Shown in pieces: positions 54,402-64,000 of a stretch of 64,000 nucleotides of DNA (position 1 is its first letter; each line of letters starts with the position of its first letter). Location: positions 95,480,001-95,544,000 of the forward strand of contig NC_042997.1 in assembly GCF_006345805.1 (NCBI RefSeq), given 5' to 3'. This DNA comes from Octopus sinensis. Taxonomy: Eukaryota. The translations under genes and the position numbers were made by a program. Below the pieces are notes generated by a model. That model worked only from the letters and a program-made list of their open reading frames with translations, was not told the DNA's origin and did not search any database.

Positions 54402-54590
54402 CTCTCTGACTTCACACATTAGCAAAGTCATGGAACGAATAGTCAGAGGGAACTAATCGCATTCCTTGAAGAAAACGTCTTGCTGACTCATACCCAGCAT
54501 GATTCTTGACCAGGTAGGAGCTGCCTGACCCAGCTCCTACAGGACAATGACTGGGTGTTGAGCCAGTTCCTCTCACAACTCAAATGTTGA
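54402..54590 (+). mobile_element. CR1/L2-type reverse transcriptase fragment; duplicate at 56534-56710
   Basis: SLTSHISKVMERIVRGKLIAFLEENVLLTHTQHDS*PGRSCLTQLL (RT domain 1-2 motif). Confidence 0.8.
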
Positions 54591-55270
54591 CAAATGTTTA
54601 GGTGAGTAATTAACAAATAATTTATATCTCTGACACCACGAAGTACAAGTATATCTCAATAAAGTAACAATTTCCTTTTCAGAATTTGCAATGGTTCACA
54701 GTATAATTCCTGAATCTTCAACGCACATAATCATTTTTTGAAAAAAAAATGAATTAAAAAAGCACTACATGCCACAACCTAAAGATTTCTAAATAACAAA
54801 ACCTGAACAATAACTTCTGGTATCTCAAAATTCAATATATAATCATTTATGATTATAGTATTCTACGCTGAAGAGAAAAGAAGTTTCGGTAAGATAGAAT
54901 TATTTAATATTTAATATTTAATTCTTATGCTTTCCTAAAAACTTGATTTCGAAACGTACGTCCGTGGATAACTAAAAAAATGTATGATAGATTGCAGTCA
55001 ATTCATTCTCTCTTACCTGTTTGTGTCTGCCTTCCAAATGCTGTTTTTACTGAGATCTCCCTTTTTAGTAGAAGAAATAGCTATAACCCTTTGACTGCTA
55101 TTTCTAAATTCGGTATGTGGTAAGGCAATTCGTTGCTAAACCCTTATTGCTTAGTATTACTTAAATTTTCCTCGAATGAGGCTTTTACATGCCGAAGACT
55201 ACTTGGTGTAATTGATAATTTTTCCAAATTAATTAATTTCACCCTTCATTATTACGGATAACTATATATA

Positions 55271-55308
<38 letters not shown>

Positions 55309-56359
55309 ATGTATGTTTATGTTTATGTTTCTATAGAAATATATATATGTATGTATATGTATATATGTATGTATGTATGTATGTATATATATATGTGTGT
55401 GTGTATGCATATATATGCATATATATATGTATATGCACTTATACATACACACATATACACGCATACACACGCGCATATATACACATACACACATACAGAT
55501 ACACACGCACACACACGACTCTGTGCACACACATCCACACACCTACATACACACGCACACGCACATATACACACACGCAAACATACACGCACACGTACAC
55601 CTAACTACACGCACATAAACGCAGATACACAAAAGCACACACGCACGCGCATACACGTACATTGACGCACATACATACACACACACACGCACGCACGCAA
55701 ACACAGAGCAACACACATATACTCCACAGACACAACCCCACGCACATACATGCATACATACACAAACGCACACACACAGATGCATGCACACTTCACACAC
55801 ACATCATATGCATACACGCACACAGGTAAATACAGATGTACACACATAGTTCAAACTGCTCGTGAAACACCTTTCTACTGATCATTCCCCTATGCACATG
55901 TGAGAAACACACTACACAATGGACAGCCATTTCTACAACTAAATCCTTCATACAACAGCAAGCGACACAATGTTCACTCACATACATATATAAACAGCCA
56001 AAACCATACACACATACGCAACACATACACACGCATACGCACACACGTGGTATTACACACACACAAACCTGCGCGCACGCATATACCTCCATATACACGC
56101 ACATACCTCCTTCTCTTCACTCTCCTGTCTTAGAAATAACTTTTTCTTCACCCATTCTCTTCCGGTTGTTTCAAAATATAACCACATGTGAGCCGTTTTC
56201 TTCTTCCACTCTTCCTTTCTTTTGGACTACCCTCTGCTTCCGAAGAAGAGCGTCTGCTCGAAACGTTAAACCATCTTTACTTTCCTGAGCGTCTGCTAAT
56301 ACATTACATGTACCACATCCTCGCGTTGTTGTTTTCTGTTGTTCTCTTTTGGGATTTGC

Positions 56360-56417
<58 letters not shown>

Positions 56418-56429
56418 TATGTGTGTGTG

Positions 56430-56464
<35 letters not shown>

Positions 56465-57779
56465 GGTGTGTGTATGTGTGTGTGTGTCTATGTATATATA
56501 TATATATGCTGATGCCAAAAATTAAAGGTCTGACTCTCTGACTTCACACATTAGCAAAGTCATGGAACGAATAGTCAGAGGGAAACTAATCGCATTCCTT
56601 GAAGAAAACGTCTTGCTGACTCATACCCAGCATGATTCTTGACCAGGTAGGAGCTGCCTGACCCAGCTCCTACAGGACAATGACTGGGTGTTGAGCCAGT
56701 TCCTCAACAACTCAAATGTTGACAAATGTTTAGGTGAGTAATTAACAAATAATTTATATCTCTGACACCACGAAGTACAAGTATATCTCAATAAAGTAAA
56801 CAATTTCCTTTTCAGAATTTGCAATGGTTCACAGTATAATTCCTGAATCTTCAACGCACATAATCATTTTTTGAAAAAAAAATGAATTAAAAAAGCACTA
56901 CATGCCACAACCTAAAGATTTCTAAATAACAAAACCTGAACAATAACTCATTTATAATCTTACTTGTCACATTTTCTATTGAGAGATTTAACGAGAAAAT
57001 ACATTTATAGCCTCATCTTGACAATAATTATAATAGTAATTTTCCTGCAGCAGCAGGAACAGCAGTAGAAGCAATACTATTATTAGTATTACTAGTAGTT
57101 AGGGGCTTTCGAGATCAACGAGAATGTTGGTTTCAAATTTTGGCACAGGCCAACAATTTCGGGGAAGGGACTACCTCGATTAGATTGAACCCAGTGTTCA
57201 GCTGCTAATTAATTTATCGACCCCGAACGTAAAAGTGGATGAAATACTGCTGAGCTTTTTTCCCAGCGAGACAATGGTTCTGCCTGCTCAACGTCTAAAA
57301 AAAAACAAACTATTAACAGGTTTTTTTAATGCAAAGTCGATGAGATCCAGGATGCTAAAAATAAAATGCGGAAATAATCATTAGGAAATGGGAAAAATCG
57401 TAGCATTTATTCCTGAGACAGAATTTCACCGCCCCCATTGCCTTTCGCCATTTTATGAGTTTATGGCAAGCTCACATCCGAAATACAGGCCCAATAATGA
57501 AATTATGAAAAGCTAATGCGAAAATATATCACCTATTATATACACATAAACATAAACAGTATACAAAAGTAGGAAAGAGACCTCGATTCTCTAATTTCCC
57601 CAGAAAGAGAATTTGGCAAGGATATTGCTTTGCAATTCAGCGTAAATAATTGTACATTGTGAATTATGAAGTGAGACTGCAATATCCGATTGTATAAATT
57701 ATACCAAGGTTATATAATCAGATTGCTCGTAAATAATGAAATACAATATCTAGGGATTATTCAAGACAAAAGGATAATG

Positions 57780-58070
57780 ATGAGAAATGAGGCCGACTTT
57801 TCAAAAAATACAAGAAGACGATAAAAAATTGCTCAAAATAATATTAAACGAAGGGAGTAGTTTCAAAACAGTAAATATATGGTCCAATCCAGAAAAAGGT
57901 ACTCTCTCTCTTTTTCTAAAATGGTCTAAAACAGAGGTACCGGAATTGCATATAAGAACTAGGAGGCTAGTCACAACGCTCACCAAGCTATACTCTAATT
58001 ATAGCATCGACTTGCTCTACCTACAAAGAAAAGAATGCAAGGTATGTTAAACGTAGAAGACATCATTAGA
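57780..58070 (+). mobile_element. Non-LTR RT C-terminal relic (R4/RTE-X-like)
   Basis: LKWSKTEVPELHIRTRRLVT...SIDLLYLQRKECK/GMLNVED resembles 'W...EL..LD.KTRK...HP.S..DRLY..RK.GGRGL'. Confidence 0.55.
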
Positions 58071-58079
58071 TACCATTGG

Positions 58080-58884
58080 ATTTGGGAGATCTTAGCACGC
58101 AGTCTTGTATGGAGAGCACAGTATAAAATCCACGGAAACGTGCTCAGATTTCCAAAGATGTGACAAGTACTGACTGGATCTTCCGAGTGCACTAATATGG
58201 GCATTTGAGTACTTATATTTCAAAGAATAATAATAACAAAGCTATCTCAAACACTTTCCTCTCTGGTCAATCTCTCATCAACTTCTTCAAGTACCACTTG
58301 AAGAGGAAAGTGAGAGTAGAGAGGCAAGTTTTGTCTAGCGAATGTTTTAAAAAAAGATGGGTAAATGTAGCAAGGATGGCACGTATGAATGACGAAGCCA
58401 CCTTGAGCATAATCCTATGAACCCAGAAATTGAAAACAGAGGGTTACCCACTTGCAAACAAATGTGGTAACATATAACAATATTGACCAAGGTTACCGTG
58501 GTCTTTTTCGTAGGCTCTTCTTCCCACGGATAAACCTGACTTGCTTTCCCCTTTACACCATATATTATAACACTGTGATACACGATTCCTATTGATCGTT
58601 CTTTTTTTCCTCTTCCTCTTTTTTCTTCTTTTTTCATTTCTCTTTTCTCTTGTTCCTTTTCCTTTTCCTTTTTTTTTAATTCTTTTTATTTTTTATTTTA
58701 TTTATTTATTTATTTTTTTATTTATTTTTATTTTGTTCTTTTCTTCCCTTTTACGATCCCTCTTGATCGAAAACCTACCCCACCCCCTTTTTCTTTTTTT
58801 TTGTTTTCTTCATCCCCCAAAAGAAAAGCTCTACCTTGTAACTTGTCCCATCTGTGTGCAGCCCTGTGTGGCCAATAAAGAAAC
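58080..58884 (+). mobile_element. 5'-truncated L1/Tx1 LINE 3' end
   Basis: LSGQSLINFFKYHLKRKVRVERQVLSSECFKKRWVNVARMARMNDEATLSIIL*, T-rich 3' UTR, tail ttgtcccatctgtgtgcagccctgtgtggccAATAAAGAAA then (CTAT)n. Confidence 0.75.
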
Positions 58885-58975
<91 letters not shown>

Positions 58976-59339
58976 CATACAAACATATATATAAAGAGAA
59001 ATGAAGTCAATTCGTCTCGAAAATATTTCTCTACTTAAACATCTATAGAATATATAGTTTTTATATAATAAGATACTGAATAATCTGTCTAATTTATTTC
59101 CCTATACAGCAATATTTTTAAGGCTGCTAAACAATATTATATTATCGAAATATTTGAGTGTCGCTTGTTTGTTATCTCATTCATGTAAACTTACAATAAG
59201 TTAAGAATTCGATTTACTATATTTAAAAACAAATAGTTCCATTCTGATTCTGTACCAGTTTTCACTGTCTTTACAACCATACTTTTACGAATGTAAGCAA
59301 TATATATATATATATAAAAATATAATTAATATTATATAT

Positions 59340-59378
<39 letters not shown>

Positions 59379-59391
59379 TATATATGTATAT

Positions 59392-59572
59392 AAATAAATA
59401 TAAGAGAGTGGTCACTATATGGCTCACTCTAGCACAGTAATCAAAAGGTTTCAACCACAAAATACATGTTCCCATGAAAGTCAGTACGATTGTTAGCTCA
59501 CACGGACAGGGCAAATAAAAAAACAACAAAAATACAGATTATTTTGGGACAATTGTTTCGCTATTAATGAAT
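59392..59572 (-). repeat. Hammerhead satellite array 2, short inverted leading segment containing only the 3' half of the ribozyme
   Basis: Reverse complement reads attcattaatagCGAAACAATTGTCccaaaa...ccactctcttatatttattt|(TA)n. Confidence 0.9.
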
Positions 59573-62500
59573 AACCTTTTGGATTAACTGGTGCTAGAGT
59601 GAGCCATATAGTGTCCACTCTCTTATATTTATTTTGTAAAAATATTGTAATATATTATAAAATATTATAATAATCCAGGTTTCTCGAGCACTAGGCCACT
59701 TGGTGTTGAATAGATATACTATTAAATTAGTATCTAATTCTCTCACCCTTATTAATTAATTATAATTATGCTGCATTTATTTCTAAATGCTGTATTTGTT
59801 TTCCGTGAGAGTTTGGCGCGCTGTTAGTTGGGCATTGAATCATAACGTCGGATGTAATCAATTGAACCACACGCGTATTTATCGTTATGGTAAAATCTGG
59901 CGTGTGATTGAGTGGATTTCATCCAGATAGTTTTGGCTGACGAGCTACAAGTGGATTTTTGTAAGTAAAATTACATTTAATTCATTAATAGCGAAACAAT
60001 TGTCCCAAAATAATCTGTATTTTTGTTGTTTTTATTTGCCCTGTCCGTGTGAGCTAACAATCGTACTGACTTTCATGGGAAACATGTATTTTTGTGGTTG
60101 AAAAACTTTTGGATTAACTGGTGCTAGAGTGAGCCATATAGTGACCACTCTCTTATATTTATTTTGTAAAAATATTGTAATATATTATAAAATATTATAA
60201 TAATCCAGGTTTCTCGGAGCACTAGGCCACTTGGTGTTGAATAGATATACTATTAATTAGTATCTAATTCTCTCACCCTTATTAATTAATTATAATTATG
60301 CTGCATTTATTTCTAAATGCTGTATTTGTTTTCCGTGAGAGTTGGCGCGCTGTTAGTTGGGGCATTTGAATCATAACGTCGGATGTAATCAATTGAACCA
60401 CACGCGTATTTATCGTTATGGTAAAATCTGGCGTGTGATTGAGTGGATTTCATCCAGATATTTTGGCTGACGAGCTACAAGTGGATATTTTTGTAAGTAA
60501 AATTACATTTAATTCATTAATAGCGAAACAATTGTCCCAAAATAATCTGTATTTTTGTTTTTTTATTGCCTGTCCCTGCGAGTGTGAGATAACAATCGTA
60601 CTGACTTCATGGGAAACATGTATTTTTGTGGTTGTTGAAACCTTTTGGATAACTGGTGCTAGAGGGGGCCCTAGCAGATAGTACCACTCTCTTATATTTA
60701 TTTTGTAAAAATTGTAATATATTATAATATTATAATAATTCCAGGTTTCTCGGAGCACTAGGCAACTTGGTGTTGAATAGATATACTATTAAATTAGTAT
60801 CTAATTCTCTCACCCTTATTAATTAATTATAAAATTATGCTGCATTTATTTCTAAATGCTGTATTTGTTTTCCGTGAGAGTTTGGCGCGCTGTTAGTTGG
60901 GGATTGAATCATAACGTCGGATGTAATCAATTGAACCACACGCGTATTATCGTTGTTATGGTAAAATCTGGCGGTGATTGAGTGGATTTCATCCAGATAG
61001 TTTTGGCTGACGAGCTACAAGTGGATTTTTTTGTAAGTAAAATTACATTTAATTCATTAATAGCGAAACAATTGTCCCAAAATAATCTTGTATTTTGTTG
61101 TTTTTTATTTGCCCTGTCCGTGTGAGCTAACAATCGTTACTGACTTCATGCGGAAACATGTATTTTTGTGGTTGAAACCTTTTGGATTACTGGTGCTAGA
61201 GTGGGCCATATAGTGACCACTTCTTATATTTATTTTGTAAAAATATTGTAAATATTATAAAATATAGAATATCAAGGTTTCTCGGAGCACTAGGCCACAT
61301 TGGGTTGAATAGATATACTATTAAATTAGTATCTAATTCTCTCACCCTTATTAATTAATTATAATTATGCTGCATTATTTCTAAATGCTGTATTTGTTTT
61401 CCGTGAGAGTTGGCGCGCTGTTAGTTGGGGCATTTGAATCATAACGTCGGATGTAATCAATTGAACCACACGCGTATGTATCGTTATGGTAAAATCTGGC
61501 GTGTGATTGAGTGGATTTCATCCAGATAGTTTTGGCTGACGAGCTACAAGTGGATTTTTTTGTAAGTAAAATTACATTTAATTCATTAATAGCGAAACAA
61601 TTGTCCCAAAATAATCTGTATTTTTGTTGTTTTTTATTTGCCCTGTCCGTGTGAGCTAACATCGTACTGACTTCATGGGAAAATGTATTTTTGTGGTTGA
61701 GTGAAACCTTTTGGATAACTGGTGCTAGAGTGAGCATATAGTGACCACTTCTTATATTTATTTTGTAAAAATATTGTAATATATTATAAAATATTATAAT
61801 AATCCAGGTTTCTCGAGCATAGGCCACTTGGTGTTGAATAGATATACTATTTAATTAGTATCTAATTCTCTCACCCTTATTAATTAATTATAATTATGCT
61901 GCATTTATTTCTAAATGCTGTGTATTTGTTCCGTGGAGAGTTGGCGCGCTGTTAGTTGGGGCATTTGAATCATACGTCGGATGTAGCAATTGAACCACAC
62001 GCGTATTTATCGTTATGGTAAAATCTGGCGTGTGATTGAGTGGATTTCATCCAGATAGTTTTGGCTGACGAAGCTACAAGTGGATTTTTTTGTAAGTAAA
62101 ATACATTTAATTCATTAATAGCGAAACAAGTCCCAAAATAATCTGTATTTTTGTTGTTTTTTATTTGCCCTGTCCGTGATGAGCTAACAATCGTACTGAC
62201 TTTCATGGGAAACATGTATTTTTGTGGTTGAAACCTTTTGGATTAAATGGTGCTAGAGTGGGCCATATAGTGACCACTCTCTTATATTTATTGTAAACAA
62301 TATTGTAATATATTATAAAATATTATAATAATCCAGGTTTCTCGGAGCACTAGGCCACTTGGTGTTGAATAGAATATACTATTAAATTAGTATCTAATTC
62401 TCTCACCCTTATTAATTAATATATAATTATGCTGCATTTATTTCTAAATGCTGTATTTGTTTTCCGTGAGAGTTGGCGCTGTTAGGGGGGCATTTGAATC

Positions 62501-64000
62501 ATAACGTCGGAGTTGTAATGCAATGACCCACACGCGTATTTATCGTTTGGTAAAATCTGGCGTGTGATTGAGTGGATTTCATCCAGATAGTTTTGGCTGA
62601 CGAGCTACAAGTGGATTTTTTTGTAGTAAAATACATTTATTCATTAATAGCGAAACAATTGTCCAAAATAATCTGTTTTTGTTTTGTTTTTTATTTGCCC
62701 TGTCCGTGTGAGCTAACAATCGTACTGACTTTCATGGGAAACATGTATTGTGGTGGTTGTGAAACCTTTTGGATTAACTGGTGCTAGAGTGAGCCATATA
62801 GTGACCACTCTCTTATATTTATTTTGTAAAACTATTGTAATATATTATAAAATATTATAATAATCCAGGTTTCTCGGAGAGTACTAGGCCACTTGGTGTT
62901 GAATAGATATACGATTTAATTAGTATCTAATTCTCTCACCCTATATTAATTACTATAATTATGGCTGCATTTATTTCTAAATGCTGTATTTGTTTTCCGG
63001 TGAGAGTTTGGCGCGCTGTTAGTTGGGGCATTTGAATCATAACGTCGGATGTAATCAATTGAACCACACGCATATTTATCGTTATGGTAAAATCTGGCGT
63101 GTGATTGAGGGATTTCATCCAGATAGTTTTGGCTGACGAGCTACAAGTGGTATTTTTTGTTGTAAGTAAAATTACATTAATTCATTTAGCGAAACAATTG
63201 TCCCAAAATAATCTGGTATTTGTTGTTTTTTATTTGCCTGTCCGTGGGAGCTAACAATCGTACTGACTTTCATGGGAAAACTGTATTTTTGTGGACTGAA
63301 ACCTTTTGGATTAACTGGTGCTAGAGTGAGCCATATAGTGACCACTCTCTTATATTTATTTGGTAAAATATTGTAATATATTATAAATTATATAATAATC
63401 CAGGTTTCTCGGGCAGCACTAGGCCACTTGGTGTTGAATAGATTTACTATTAAATTAGTATCTAATTCTCTCACCCTTATTAATTAATTATAATTATGCT
63501 GCATTTATGTCTAAATGCTGTATTTGTTTTTTCGTGGAGAGTTTGGCGCGCTGTTAGTTGGGGCATTTGAATCATAACGTCGGATGTAATCAATTGAACC
63601 ACACGCGTATTTATCGTTACGTAAAATCTGGCGTGTGATTGAGTGGATTTCATCCAGATAGTTTTGGCTGACGAGCTACAAGTGGATTTTTTTGTAAGTA
63701 AAATTACATTTAATTCATTAATAGCGAAACAATTGTCCCAAAATAATCTGTATTTTTGTTGTTTTTTATTTGCCCTGTCCGTGTGAGCTAACAATCGTAC
63801 TGACTTTCATGGGAAACATGTATTTTTGTGGTTGAAACCTTTTGGATTAACTGGTGCTAGAGTGGGCCATATAGTGACCACTCTCTTATATTTATTTTGT
63901 AAAAATATTGTAATATATTATAAAATATTATAATAATCCAGGTTTCTCGGAGCACTAGGCCACTTGGTGTTGAATAGATATACTATTAAATTAGTATCTA
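59573..64000 (+). repeat. Hammerhead satellite array 2: ~533-bp units, at least 8 copies, continues beyond the window
   Basis: CTGACGA at 59937, 60467, 61007, 61536, 62065, 62597, 63133, 63668. Confidence 0.95.
59924..60017 (+). ncRNA. Type I hammerhead ribozyme, family 2 (representative copy); predicted cleavage after GUC at 60004
   Basis: CAGAU-AG-UUUUGG [CUGACGA] GCUA...UAGC [GAAA]C-AAUU-GUC CCAAAA-UA-AUCUG. Helix I is 6 bp plus a 2x2 loop plus 5 bp; all core nucleotides are present. Confidence 0.92.

Larger units (their letters stand above)
52708..56948. repeat. ~2.1-kb tandem duplication (52708-54815 and 54816-56948) including the last satellite segment and its flank
   Basis: Satellite tail, (TA)n/(CA)n block, PLE-like end and CR1 RT relic occur twice in the same order; junction ...aataacT|TCTGG with CT microhomology. 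Confidence 0.9.

Noticed and set aside
60439-63794. Recurring 60-148-aa ORFs in array 2 on both strands
   Set aside because: Frames change from unit to unit, composition is AT-driven and no RT or GIY-YIG motifs are present; treated as non-coding.
41600-64000. CRISPR or rDNA interpretation of the long arrays
   Set aside because: Units are near-identical over their full length with no unique spacers, there are no cas genes, the context is eukaryotic, and no 5S, tRNA or snRNA similarity was recognised.

Overview
AT-rich, microsatellite-dense metazoan genomic DNA. The SINE and LINE-tail families look like those of Octopus (my recognition, not a database result). Scattered 1-nt indels between repeat copies suggest a noisy long-read assembly. 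No host gene could be assigned with confidence. Most of 1-41 kb is transposon debris: L1/Tx1, RTE and CR1 LINEs, mariners, Helitrons, a MITE, SINEs and Penelope-like ends. Main result: two different tandem-repeat families each carry one complete type I hammerhead ribozyme per unit. Array 1 (41.6-53.1 kb, ~597-bp unit) has about 20 ribozymes and is arranged as an ~11.5-kb palindrome. Array 2 (59.4-64 kb, ~533-bp unit) has 8 ribozymes in the window and runs off its edge. Both ribozymes have a 2-bp helix III inside an 8-nt palindrome, a helix I with an internal loop and an unusually long helix II. Both arrays begin at (TA)n and have an inversion breakpoint within helix II. They look like retrozyme or Penelope pLTR concatemers. 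Second result: two diverged ORF1-only (HAL1-like) L1/Tx1 derivatives in opposite orientation are each followed by an intronless type I membrane glycoprotein ORF with a YYPxL tail motif; one of these ORFs ends in a LINE-type 3' tail.
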